Under the pieces are notes generated by a model that had not been told where the DNA came from, ran no database searches, and saw only the letters and a list, made by a program, of their open reading frames with translations. A program made the position numbers and the translations under genes. A DNA stretch of 64,000 nt, taken from positions 2,480,001 through 2,544,000 of the forward strand of contig CM035356.1 of NCBI GenBank assembly GCA_020137815.1. The letters are read 5' to 3'. The DNA is from Hormiphora californensis (lineage: Eukaryota > Animalia > Ctenophora). This document shows positions 1 through 12,750 of the stretch, one piece after another (position 1 is the stretch's first letter; the number at the start of each line of letters is the position of its first letter).

Positions 1-1420
1 TCCTTTTCTCTCCCTTTCTCTCTGTCTTCCTTCTCTTTCTGCTTCTCTCTCCCCCTCTCCCGTCCTCTAAAAGGGAAATTTAGAAAAAAAAAAGTTTTTA
101 CGGGGAAGGGGGAGGGCATAAATTTTGGGGGATTTATTTTTGGGTTTAAGATTTTACCTTGCTTTGGTCCCCGATTAGTTTTCAGTTTTTCTGAGTCGCT
201 GGGGGGTTCCTCTCTTTCCCGGGGTTTGGGGTTTTTTTTTTTTTTTTAAAAAAATTTTTCCCATTTCCCTTTCTTTTCCGCTTTTTCTTTGCTGGTACTA
301 ATACCTTCCCCAAAAAAAGTTTTTTTCCCCCTTTTTTCCCCTTTTGTTTCGTTTTCCCGATTTGTTTTTTTTAAAAGGGGGGGACCTTTTTGAATCTAAT
401 GAACAAAACCGGGGTTTTAAAAATTTTTTAGCTTCCCAAAACCTTTTTTTTCTTTTTTAAACCCTTTTTTGGGGGAAAAAACCCCCCCCTTAAAATTTGG
501 GGGTTTTTTTGGGGAAAGGGGTTTAGTTTTTTTCCCCCTTTCCCCCCTTTTTTTAAGGGGAAAATGGGGGGGAAAAGGGGGGGGAAAAAAAGGGAAAAAA
601 AGGGGGAGGTTTTTTGGGGAAAAACAAAAAAATTTGTTTAAAATTACCCGATAAAAGAACTTTTAAAAGTAGGAAAAAAAAATTTTTTTGTGCCAATTTT
701 TTTAAAAAAGTTTTTCGCGTGGCGAACCAATTCTAATTTACTGATCCTTTTTTAAACCCCCCTCAAGGTTTTTTAAAAAAAATTTTTTTAAAGGGGTAAA
801 AATTTTAAATTTTTAAATTTTTCAATTGCGGGGGTTTTTTTTAGGGGACCCGGTTTTGGGGGAACCCCGGAAAATGGCTAGTTTTCCCAACTTTTTCTAT
901 TTTACGGTCCTTTTTTTTTTCCCAATCAAGACGGGAGGGGACCCTAATTTTTTTTTAAAAGGGTTTTAAACCCCCTTTGGCTTTTTTAAACCCTTTTTAG
1001 TAAAAATTTTTTTCCCTTCTCCCCCCCCCTTTCCTCCCTTCCTCTTGCTCCTTTCCCTTCTCCCTTTTCCCCTTTTCCTTCTCTCTCTTCCCGCTCTCCC
1101 CCCTTCTCTCTCCCCTTTTTTCCCCCCTCTCCCCCCTTTCCTCCTCCCCCTCTTTTCCTCTCCTCTCCCCCCTTTTCTTTTTTTCTTCTCTCCTCCTTTT
1201 TTTCCCTTTTTTTTTTTTTTTTTTTTTTAAAAAACCCCCCCTCGACTTTTTCGTAGAATCCCCCAATTTTTGGGGGGCCCCCCCTTTTTTTTAAAAAGGG
1301 GCCCCAAAGAGTGCACTCCCCCTTTCCCCCCCTTTTCCCCTTCTCCATACCTCTTTCTCTTTTTCCTCTTCTCCCCCCCTCTTTTTTTTCAACATGCCAG
1401 TCTCCTTAAATTTTCCCCCG
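1..1420. other. Homopolymer-rich low-complexity sequence, probably a poorly polished contig end
   Basis: Almost entirely runs of T, A, G and C; the ORFs are compositional K/G/F/P artefacts; normal complexity starts near 1430. Confidence 0.7.
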
Positions 1421-2157
1421 GTCCATCAGGGGGTTCTTATAGTATTATTATTAGCCACACCCTATTTGGGACTACTATTCGAGCGTCATAGTCCTTGCGG
1501 CTTGCAGTATTCAGGTCTTTGGGGATGACTACCGTAAACGTAGTAATTATAAAGATTAATAAAAATTGCAGCTCTAGTCCCTAGATGAACTTGTCTATTA
1601 AAAAACAATTTTGCAACTTGCCTAAATTGTATCGTTTTGTCTTTTAAAATTTAAAAACTGTTAAAAATGAGGGGGACAGAGGAAAAGGAGGGGGGGGGTC
1701 TATATGACGATTGCAGGTGCAATGCAGGTATAAAGCCCCCCCCCCCCCTTCGGCCCTTCCTCCCCTCATTAACAGTTTGAAGCCGTGACTGACGAGTTCT
1801 TCTTTATATTCAGAGGAGCTGGAAGAGGGACGATGTTGGTAAAATAATTAATGGAGAACACAGTTTTCTAGGCATACCCTTTTTTACTATTTCCAAGAAA
1901 CTGCAATTTATACCCAGTAAAGGGATATATAGGCTTGGGGCACTCGGGCAGTATAAAAGTTAGAAACTTGTACTTTGTAGCGTCGAACATAGAACAGTAT
2001 TACTAATAGGTTGTACTAAAATGGGACTAAAATTCATTAGCTTATCTTGTGCCAGTTATCGATTCTAGAACAATCCGTAGAATAATCCGTAGAACAATAC
2101 CGTATAGCCTGTTTAGATAATATCCACTGTTATTGTAACCTATCTTCTGAGTGCAGT

Positions 2158-2167
2158 AGAGAGATGG

Positions 2168-2240
<73 letters not shown>

Positions 2241-2251
2241 CAGAGAGGAGA

Positions 2252-2283
<32 letters not shown>

Positions 2284-2372
2284 GAAGAGAAGAGAGAGAG
2301 AGAGAGAGAGAGAGATGAGAGAGGGAGAGAGAGAGAGAGAGGAGAAAGAGAGAGAGAGAGAGAGAGGGGGGG

Positions 2373-2410
<38 letters not shown>

Positions 2411-2420
2411 AGAGACAGAG
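2158..2420. repeat. (GA)n microsatellite
   Basis: Direct reading. Confidence 0.95.
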
Positions 2421-3088
2421 CTACTCTACCAGCCGCTACCTTGTGCTTCCATCCCTGTTGGACGGCTCACATTTCATCAATTCTAAAGAACCAACTGCAC
2501 TGCCATTCCCAACTCTCTCTCCCTCTCTCTCTCTCTATCTCTCTTTCTCTCTCTCTCTTGCTGAGCACATGACCGATTTAATACCCACTCATAGTGGTCG
2601 CGTGAATCCCCACGCCAGCAGCAACCATCCTTGCGTGGCCATCTTAACTTGTTGTTTTTCCCGGTTTGCTGATGTCGTCACTCCCAGCTTTTTCACTCCG
2701 ATTTTAAATTACCTTTCTCTCTCCCACGGGGGGCATGGTGGATCTGAGTCTTCTGAAGAACACAACACGATGATCACCACATACCATGTCCATTAAAAAT
2801 GCTCTCTTCTGTAACTTTGTCACATTACTCGATGTATCGGTCCCCCCTGTTATTATACATGTAGGTCGAGAGCCTATACTGCTAAGATAAACCTATGTAA
2901 TGTCAATTGTACATGTGCCTTTATCTAGCCAAGCTCCCACCTTTAGTTTAGTTTTTTAAATATTTGATATGCTTCTGTAATACAATAATTTAGTTTGTTA
3001 CTCGGACTCCATTATATACACATAGATTATAATATATCCCGGTAGTCTACTTGTGTTTCATTATCATCATTCCCCCAAGCTCTAAACA

Positions 3089-4039
3089 ATGAGAAGTCTT
3101 GTGCAGCAAGGAATTGTTATGGCATCCAAGAGCAGACAGGATAAAATCAACTATATTCGGAGGCTGGGGTATTCCGAGAAACTGGCTGACGATATTCTGA
3201 GAAAAAACGGTGATCGATTGAGCGAGAGCGAACTACTTCGACATGTCATGAATGAGGCAACAAAGGTAAATTATGGGAGATATCTAACTGGGGGAACCAC
3301 TTCAAAGACCTTCTTATCCCCTTTTACCCACATTTAACCCTTTTCCCACTTGCATTATCTCCTTGCATTTTCCTTTTCTAACGGTTCTACAAATCGTGTT
3401 CCAATAGTTCTACCCTGTGGCCCCATATAAAGTCGGATGTTTTTGAAGTCACTCTTCTCTTGTGCTCGTTTTTTTTGCGTGCCTATAAGTTATCACATGA
3501 TATCGGGTGGCAACTTCAAAAAATTCGACCTATCCCAGCCCCTCCTTATTGCCACATTTTCTCCCGGCATTCTGCAGACTTATCTGATAAGTTCTGATCT
3601 AATGTAATCAACAATGGCATGTGATACGCGGCCATCCGTGATATGTAGTACGGCCAGCGCAGTGCAACTCGATTACATAGTCCCTCTCTTTCTCACTCTC
3701 TCTGCCACCGGCCGTCCTATCGCGTGAGATAACAAGAGAACCACCCCCATCGCCGGGGTTCAGTATATTATGTCATTATACCACCCGGGCTCCCAACTAT
3801 GGCACGTACAGTTAACCCGATATCAAGTCCCATTTTATAACCCTATTTTAATTTCCCCCTCAGAGCCCTATTTTATAATCACCTCTCCTCTTCACAACCC
3901 CATTTTAACACATTTCTCCCCTCCTCAGAGCGAGAGGACGAAACCCAAGGCAGACTACCTGAATCACCAGGATAGCTTCAGGAAACAGGACGGCACTGCG
4001 TTGAAGAAACCCATCTGGAAGAGAAAGAGGCATACGTGA
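3089..4039 (+). CDS. Two-exon 95-aa protein with a Regnase-1/ZC3H12 N-terminal (UBA-like) domain resemblance; exons 3089-3265 and 3929-4039
   Basis: Phase-0 intron AAG|gtaaat...cctcag|AGC joins two open frames; KINYIRRLGYSEKLADDILRKNG resembles Regnase-1 [23 protein letters not shown]. Confidence 0.65.
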
Positions 4040-4364
4040 TGGAAGCTGGATGTGTAGGGTCACTATGCTCGATATAACTCCATAACTCCAACTGAGAGAG
4101 ATACGATCTCGTTGAACGGTGGAACAAGAGATGCAAGAGACAGTAGGTTGGTGAGATGAGATGGACTGAACAATGTGGGTGGACACTAATATTTGCAAGA
4201 GAGATGTGGGTGGACACTAATATTTGCAAGCAATATATTACATGTAAATCAGATTATAATTGATAAGCCCCTAATCTGTGATAGGGAGCAAGATAGAGGA
4301 GATGAATTTCTCAGTTTTACACCAAACCCGCGACCGATGTGTCAGACCCTTATATGAGATGGTA

Positions 4365-4577
4365 GGGTAGCGACTGGCTATTTGAAATGGCGGCTAATTT
4401 GAAACACCCCCTCTACAGGCCAGCAGGTGTCCCAGATTTGGATTTTTAGACATCGGTGGGCTTGGCATGAGTTCTGACAAGCCCACTGATGTCTAAAAAT
4501 CCAAATCTGGTGCACCTGCTGGCTTGTAGAGGGGGTGTTTAAAATTAGCCGCCATTTCAAATAGCCAGTCGCTACCC
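4365..4577. mobile_element. Palindromic MITE flanked by TA
   Basis: About 100-bp inverted arms, GGGTAGCGACTGGCTATTTGAAATGG...CCATTTCAAATAGCCAGTCGCTACCC, with TA on both sides. Confidence 0.85.
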
Positions 4578-5084
4578 TAAATACAGAGTGGTATTCACTA
4601 ACATATCGTAACACCAATTTATTTTGGTATTAATTGAAATTAAATTGTTTAATTGTGTTTTACCCTAGTCAAGTACTATTTGGTTTATCAGGCCCTTAAA
4701 AAATTCTGTCACGAGTGCCTCTTTATCTCCGGTACGGGACCAGATAAATTCCGTAGAATTCGTCTCTTCTTCTTTGAAATCTATACTCCAGAACAAGCTT
4801 TTAAAATACTTCCACCGAACTAATTTTATACCCTCTCCTCTCTCCCTTATCCTCTATTTCTACCCACCCCCCTTTTCCCACCCTATCTAGCCGATTAGCT
4901 AACTGAATTATGACGGAAGTGAAGCGCGGTGTGTCGGCTTGTGCCAAACAACAGCAGAGGGGCATGAGTAATGGGAGAGAGACATTGACAAAAATAGTTG
5001 TGAAATTCTCAGTACCCTCTAATTTCGTTTCCATCATTTCTAGTTGTAGTTTCCCCTCTTATTACTTTTAATCTCAATCTAAAA

Positions 5085-5116
5085 TGAGATAGAGATAGCT
5101 ATGAGAGAGAAAAAGA

Positions 5117-5170
<54 letters not shown>

Positions 5171-5218
5171 CAGAGAGAGAGAGACAGAGAGAGAGACAGA
5201 GAGAGAGACAGAGACAGG

Positions 5219-5252
<34 letters not shown>

Positions 5253-5300
5253 AACAGACAAACAGACAGACAGTGAGAGATGGAGTAAGAAAGAGAGATA
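5085..5300. repeat. (GA)n/(GACA)n microsatellite
   Basis: Direct reading. Confidence 0.95.
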
Positions 5301-5309
5301 GAAGTGTAC

Positions 5310-8300
5310 CTGCTTTAGTATGGTTGACAACAATGGTAGATCATCTGATACATCACAGTCCACTTGTTTCTCAAGGGCCACGCGTCCCTCGTAACCACCA
5401 CTCTGCAAAGGATAATCATTAGGCTAGGTTTTTTTGGATCGTCCCCGTGCTAACATTTGTCACTCCCTGTTACACACCATGCATCATGGCCATGTAATGT
5501 GCCACGGTTTGATAGATGTTACCACTACCTGATTTGGTCAGTGGACATAAAGGTATGCTAAGGTACCCTTCTGCCTATTGACTTGATTGATAATCATGGT
5601 TAGGTTAGACATTGGTTACGAAGTCACCCAGCTACTACGCTGTACATCCGGGCCGCGCTCGTGTTGATGGGTAATTTCATATTACCAAGGTTACAGTGCT
5701 GCTTGTAGTGGAGGTAATAAACACATGTTCAGCTTGATCTAGCTGAAGAAGTGTGCTTTACACCCGCACGTTACAGAAACGGTGCGTCTGCGAACTGCAA
5801 TGGAAAACCGATTTCTCCACTACAAGCGGCTGGTTTAGACATGAGTCAAGTTGGTCGACTAGACATGGATGACGTGCGACATGAATGAAAAGCAGTGCAA
5901 CATTAATTATTCCTTAGAGGTCCTAAACGGGTTCATAACCGGTTAAAACTTGATCTACCGAACTTGTGTGCCACACAAGTTAAAACCTGCTAACCGGCCT
6001 AAAAATGTTTTAAACGGAGCTGAATTGCCACATTGAGCACTTAACCCTTTGAGGCCCAGAGGGTCATATATGTCCAAAAGTTTGAGGCTTCGTAGCGTCA
6101 AGCCTGATAAAGTTTTGGCATAAAATAAAATGCCAGATGATAGCTTGAACGATTCCCTATCTAAAAATCGGGACATTTTCATGCCAAGTCGTATGAGGAA
6201 GTTCCTAATTAGGACTAAATGAACCCCACTTCGGTCATTTTTTCTAATTAGGTCTCATTTCCTGATGAATTGTTCTACACTAATTTCCTTCTAGAATAGT
6301 ATACTAGGAGATAAAATGGAGCTGCTAGAACAAACGGCGTCAAAAATTATTCATTTTTGACTGAGAAAACTCAATTCTTGGTTTCGGGTCATATATGACC
6401 CTCTGGGTCGTTTGGGAAGTTAAGAATTTCAAACGGCCTGGGAGTCCTCCGTATGCTTTCAGAGTCTCAAAAACTGGTTAATCAGTGCCCTAGTGATAAT
6501 ACAAGTCGACAGGAACCGTTTCATGAACCGTATTGACCGATTTCTACGATTTAGTCTAGGTTTAGGGTCATATATGACCCTCTGGGTGGTGCATGTCAAA
6601 CTACCAAACAGGTATAACTCATATATATGTCCAAAAGTTTGAGGCTTCGTAGCGTCAAGCCTGATAAAGTTTTGGCATAAAATAAAATGCCAGATGATAG
6701 CTTGAACGATTCCCTATCTAAAAATCGGGACATTTTCATGCCAAGTCGTATGAGGAAGTTCCTAATTAGGACTAAATGAACCCCACTTCGGTCATTTTTT
6801 CTAATTAGGTCTCATTTCCTGATGAATTGTTCTACACTAATTTCCTTCTAGAATAGTATTAGTAGAGTCGATAACTACATCGACCTCTCCCAATTGTTCC
6901 AGTTTTTGTCACATCTGTTTGGAGCCTCGACACGACCTCTAAACAGGTGTTACTTTTTCACAAACTGTTTTCATCTTGGTGTAATCAGCATTTGAAATGT
7001 TGCTGATCATAACAAAAACCTAACTATTTTTTTTCAACTTGGGGTAAAACCATGGGTGTCAAAAGTTAGCTCTAGGTCCCCTGAGTAACCATCCGGAGAC
7101 TCTAAGAGATATTTCAAGCTGTTCTCCCGTAATCATTAATCCCGGTGGAGAAAAAAATACAATGCGGACGTACGTGAGCGCTGGCAGGCTGTTTACATGT
7201 TATTGTATGTCTCTCACTCTCTCTGGAAAAACCGCACGTGCGGTTGCGCCGCGCGAGATAACTCTTTCTTTAGGGGGAGAAAAGAGAGAGACGCACATTA
7301 ACGTTATACATTAAAGTTGAGGTTGTAGGCAATTGCACGTACGTCCATACTCAAATATGTGCTCTACCGGGATTAATGATTACAGGAGAACGGCTGGAAA
7401 TATCTCTTAGAGTCTCCGGATGGTTACTCAGGGGACCTAGAGCTAACTTTTGACACCCATGGTTTTACCCCAAGTTGAAAAAAAATAGTTAGGTTTTTGT
7501 TATGATCAGCAACATTTCAAATGCTGATTACACCAAGATGAAAACAGTTTGTGAAAAAGTAACACCTGTTTAGAGGTCGTGTCGAGGCTCCAAACAGATG
7601 TGACAAAAACTGGAACAATTGGGAGAGGTCGATGTAGTTATCGACTCTACTATATACTAGGAGATAAAATGGAGCTGCTAGAACAAACGGCGTCAAAAAT
7701 TATTCATTTTTGACTGAGAAAACTCAATTCTTGGTTTCGGGTCATATATGACCCTCTGGGTCGTTTGGGAAGTTAAGAATTTCAAACGGCCTGGGAGTCC
7801 TCCGTATGCTTTCAGAGTCTCAAAAACTGGTTAATCAGTGCCCTAGTGATAATACAAGTCGACAGGAACCGTTTCATGAACCGTATTGACCGATTTCTAC
7901 GATTTAGTCTAGGTTTAGGGTCATATATGACCCTCTGGGTGGTGCATGTCAAACTACCAAACAGGTATAACTCGGGCTATGAAGGCCGTTGATGATCAAA
8001 TAAGGTGTCAAACCCGCAGTTAATCATCGCATTAGTTGGGGTAGAGCATATAATCAAGTCCCTATCTCAATCCCTTATCGTGATAATTGGATAATTAGTT
8101 CATTAGCATCCTGCGTGTACCTAAAACTGAAACCTTTCCTAGGAAGAAGTTATGCGGCAAATGAGGGCACTAAAATGTGTAGAATCATCCCATTAGTGGG
8201 GGTAGAGCACAAATTTAAGTCTCTATTCCCATTTCTAATTGATATAATTGGATAATTTGCTCATTGAAGGCTGCACCACTTTGCTAGGAAAGGTTTCAGT

Positions 8301-11300
8301 TTTAGGTGCGCGCAGGATGCTAATGAACTAATTATCCAATTATCACGATAAGGGATTGAGATAGGGACTTGATTATATGCTCTACCCAAACTAATGTGAT
8401 GATTAACTGCGGGTTTGACACCTTATTTGATCATCAGCGGCCTTCATAGCCCGAGTTATACCTGTTTGGTAGTTTGACATGCACCACCCAGAGGGTCATA
8501 TATGACCCTAAACCTAGACTAAATCGTAGAAATCGGTCAATACGGTTCATGAAACGGTTCCTGTCGACTTGTATTATCACTAAGGCACTGATTAACCAGT
8601 TTTTGAGACTCTGAAAGCATACGGAGGACTCCCAGGCCGTTTGAAATTCTTAACTTCCCAAACGACCCAGAGGGTCATATATGACCCATGCCATATTAGA
8701 AAAAGTAACCGACCGATTTGAAAGATCATTTTTCCTATAATCTTAGATTATCATCCTGGGTAATTCCAGAAAGAATTAGAAAATTTCGTTCAGCCAAACA
8801 CTATGGGTCTCAAAGGGTTAAACAGGATGGCAATGTAATGTTATCAATAACTATATTATCACATGATGGGTTTTCTAGGAAAATATAGGCTTCTCTGAAT
8901 TTAAAAAACTCTTTGATTACGGCGTGGGCCGGCCATGAACATAGGCCTAAATTCTCAAAATATGGGTTTTCTTACTATCTCTTTTTTGCACCCTCAACCC
9001 CCTCCCCACGCGTAGGAGACACTTTTTCTGATCCAAGTTCTGACCAAACGAAAAGAGATAGAGACTTCTCGTTTTCACTGGCTGGTAGATCTATTCAATT
9101 ATGGTGTTATTAGCGGGGTGGGTTCCCTTTTCATCCTCAGTTGCCATTTTAAATACTCGACCAAATTACGTCGCCAGATAAGTAACTATACTACCCGCTT
9201 GATTAGGTAGTGTACCAGTGATTGGGTACCCAAAGGCAGTCTTCCGGCCCTACTACCGGGGTCAATCATGTGGCTGCAGAGTTTAACATCTGTCAAACCG
9301 TGGACACAGGTACATGTTATGTAATACAGGGAGTGACAAATGTTAGCACGGGGAGGTCTCAAAAAAATAATACTTTGAGCTCAATTTACACCCTGAAGAC
9401 GGATTCTAATAAAAAACGAAAACCATTGAAATTAGTAGGCTCTATTATTTGAGAGCTACCTTGACAGTATTACATTCACTTTTGAACACTGTCAGGCCAA
9501 TGCTCTGACCACAGTTCTCTTGAGAGAAACGAGAATGGGTCAGGCCAATGCTCTGACCACAGTTCTCTTGAGAGAAACGAGAATGGGTCAGGCCAATGCT
9601 CTGACAGTTTGAACACAGACGAAACATATGTAAAGTTGGCAAAGGTAGCCTCAAATAATAGGGCAATCCTTTCCGGCCTACTAATTTCAATAGATTTTGG
9701 TATTATTGTTTATATACAATCGCCCAATTTTCATTTACCTCTTCTCAAATGTGAATTTCAGAATGTCATGAACCTGTTCTTGCATCAGGGTCCACGACAA
9801 AGATTGAGATTGCGGACCTAAAGTCCCTTTGGTATGGCCTATAATAATTGGCCCCATAGTTACCTTTTAACTCTACATAAAAAGTTAGGACGGTGCACCC
9901 ATATTGTATTTATACGTTACGACCGTCGATGCTCGACTATATAACACAATTATGTTATTAAATAATATATTATGCACATATATGATAGGTTTTTCTAGGA
10001 AAATATAGGCTTCTCTGAATTTTATAAAACTCTTTGATTACGGTGTGGGCCGGCCATGAACATATCCTGATCGAAGGCTGATATAGGCCTATATTCTCAA
10101 AATATGGGCTATCTTGGGTTACCCTATCTCTACTCACATCTAATCAGATTTTATCTAGGTTTATTTATAATTTAGGTCACTGAAAACTTGATAATTCTTT
10201 CTTTTCCGTTAAATACATTGGGAACCCGCGCTACCAACTGAGCATCAATATGGATTTTTAAGAGGATATCTGACTGTGGGGTTTAGGGTGAACTTCATAT
10301 CTCCCAAACTACCAATGTGACTTGTTATAACCCCCTTTGCATTGGCTCTGTCGCTGCTGCGGGGCGTGGAGAGGGAGAGGGTCGAACAAAGAAACAATGT
10401 GACCATCTTCTTCTTCTTCTTCTTCTAGGAGCCCACGTGGGTAAAACAATGTGACCTTATAAAGATCACATGTCGTACAAGCAGAGGAAATTCAAAGTAA
10501 AACTTAACAATACCAATGAATCTTGGGGGAATGTGTATTTAGGTCTTGAGATGCACCTGGTCAACTGCTGAGTTCACTGTTCAGCAGTACTGTCTATGGC
10601 ACAAACCAATTAGGCAGTCCCATAGACAGTCCCATATACATGATAGAAATTGTCAGAGTTTTTATTATTATCTCTGGGCTGTACAAATGAACCAGACGGG
10701 GATTTATTATCGCAACAAGTTTCGAGGATCTACCTCTTCATCAGGCTCAAATTAATTTGTTTAAAGTAGTGTTGAAAAGTTTGAAAGTTTCAAATCCCCG
10801 TCTGGTTCATTTGTACAGCCCAGAGAGAATAATAAAAACTCTGACAATCAAACTGCAAACATGAGGCTAAAACAGTTATCCGATCACCCAACTGTCTACA
10901 TGATAGAAATGGTCGAGTTATGTTGGTTGGATCACATGTCGAGATTAGGTACCACAACTCCCATTCAAGTTCGAGTACAAACTACAATAGAAGACACGGT
11001 ATAGGAACCTAAGACAGGGGGTGTTCTTGGGTGACACCCAATCCCATGGTCAAGATTCCGTTGGGTCGCGGGTGGGAATTGGGAGGGAGAGCCGCGCATT
11101 AGGACCGCTGAAAAACAACTTTTGACATTTGCGAAACACTGCGCGTTACCAACATGCAGTGATAAAACTGGGTCAACTTGGTGGCACACAATAATTCAGA
11201 GGTTGCAAATTCCCGCTCTACTGGCTACTAATGGATAACTGATACCCTGTCTCTCTCTTTTTCTCTCATTCCTCACACACTTACCAGGCCGCTCTCAGGC

Positions 11301-11774
11301 TCAAACACAGCTGCTGTGTAGTCCAGTTGGAAAAACTCGAGGAATTCTTGTACAATCCCGGCTGCTAAACGCCCTGAATGCAAAGTATAGTTTTATAATC
11401 TATTAAGTGAGAAATTTGATATAATTTGATTGTAGGATGATGGTATTAATGTTACCTTCGTTTGTTTGTAAGAAGTTTTGTAGCCGTTTGTTGTGATGTA
11501 CTTTCCTGTTCTGAAACGGGTGAAATCAGTTAGATATGGAGTGAATGGTAGATCTTTACTTAGAAAATGGAATATCCTCACCTCAGGCCGCAGTTACTAC
11601 CCCCACCCGTGTCCCGGCCTATATAATTCCAACCTTTTTGTCAGTATCCTCTAGTGCAAGGAAAACCCCAGCTCTCAGCTCAGCCTGGATCTTTCCCAGA
11701 AGTCCGTTATTCTCCAGGGACTGTGTTACCAGATCTCTCAGTTCGGTGTCCTCTTCAATGCCAGCCATAGTCAT
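5310..11774 (-). CDS. CEP43: CEP43/FGFR1OP centrosomal protein, 5' exons 11774-11634, 11510-11456, 11373-11285, 5402-5310; later exons not resolved
   Basis: Spliced translation MTMAGIEEDTELRDLVTQSLENNGLLGKIQAELRAGVFLALE...GRLAAGIVQEFLEFFQLDYTAAVFEPESGL SGGYEGRVALEK...PLLSTILKQ matches the FOP N-terminal LisH dimerisation region; GT-AG phases are consistent. Confidence 0.9.
6045..8817. mobile_element. Non-autonomous piggyBac-type element with internal tandem and inverted duplications
   Basis: TTAA|CCCTTTGAGGCCCA...TGGGTCTCAAAGGG|TTAA; internal ~555-bp direct duplication and inverted segments (~7740-8150 vs ~8285-8690); no transposase ORF. Confidence 0.85.
6860..7652. mobile_element. Long-TIR MITE nested in the piggyBac element, TAG termini, 3-bp TSD (TAT); Academ-like by inference
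   Basis: TAGTAGAGTCGATAAC...GTTATCGACTCTACTA with ~290-bp arms; the empty site gaatagTATactagg is present in the sister duplicate near 6293. Confidence 0.85.
9491..9605. repeat. 48-bp tandem repeat, about 2.4 copies
   Basis: GTCAGGCCAATGCTCTGACCACAGTTCTCTTGAGAGAAACGAGAATGG repeated. Confidence 0.9.
10651..10896. mobile_element. Truncated Penelope-like element with inverted pseudo-LTR arms and 14-bp TSD
   Basis: TACATGATAGAAAT at 10637-10650 and 10897-10910; ~55-bp inverted arms enclosing a hammerhead-like core. Confidence 0.6.
10712..10746 (-). ncRNA. Minimal type I hammerhead ribozyme-like motif
   Basis: Minus strand GC-CTGATGA-A-GAGG-TAGAT-CCTC-GAAAC-TT-GTT-GC, followed by AATAAA. Confidence 0.6.
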
Positions 11775-12030
11775 TTGTGTGCAGGAGGGGAGGACTATAT
11801 GAGAATCGTTGGATTAGTTAGGGGAGGACTAGCTAATATTATATTGGTTGGGTTAGTTGGAAATGGATAAAAAAGGATGGGCGAAACAGTACTGTTTGGT
11901 AACATAAATAAATAATAAAATCATGTTGAAATTATCAAACAGATAAAAACGACCAGTTGCCACAACCATCGGAAAACAGCTTGTCTATCTCTCACTCTTT
12001 CTCGTATCTGATCCCAAAATCAGGGATATA

Positions 12031-12668
12031 CTGGGTGTTCTTTTTGGATCTTTACAAGCGTTGGGCTTCACCCAGAAAAAAGTTGACAAGATTAGGTCAT
12101 GAAACTTCATACTTGGACTATTCTATACCCTCATTCAAGGTTCCTGGTGTTTTCAGAGCTCTAGCACCCCGGGAAGTGTGTTTTTGGCATCAAAACTACC
12201 AGAAGGAATTTTTTTGCTGGTGCTGAGACTTTGCTAAAATGTTTTTTGGGTATTTTCTATGTCAATCCTAAAGTTTCATAGAGATTGGATGAGTTTTTCA
12301 GACTCAAAATTTCGATAAAAGTGGCTGGAAAGGCTCGAAAACGGCTCAAAAACGGCTAAAATTGAGTCTTTCCAGCCACTTTTATCGAAATTTTGAGTCT
12401 GAAAAACTCATCCAATCTCTATGAAACTTTAGGATTGACATAGAAAATACCCAAAAAACATTTTAGCAAAGTCTTAGCACCAGCAAAAAATTCCTTCTGG
12501 TAGTTTTGATGCTAAAAACACACTTCCCGGGGACCTAAAGCTCCAAAACCCCCAGGAACCTTGAATGAGGGTATAGAATAGTCCAAGTATGAAGTTTCAT
12601 GACCTAATCTTGTCAACTTTTTTCTGGGTGAAGCCCAACGCTTGTAAAGATTCAAAATGAACACCCTG
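12031..12668. mobile_element. Palindromic Tc1/mariner-type MITE (partial copy at ~40268-40360)
   Basis: TA|CTGGGTGTTC...GAACACCCTG|TA with ~300-bp inverted arms. Confidence 0.85.
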
Positions 12669-12750
12669 TATATCCCGGTCATATATAACTTCTAGTCACT
12701 CCCAAGAGTGTCCCTCTTTTCAATTCATGTCAACCCTGTTGAATAATTCC

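Noticed and set aside
469-1491. K/G/E/F/P-rich ORFs
   Set aside because: Products of homopolymer-rich, probably unpolished sequence.
5441-9353. Inverted match between ~5443-5470 and ~9327-9353 taken as the TIRs of one large element
   Set aside because: The termini face outward, so they are ends of two separate element fragments.
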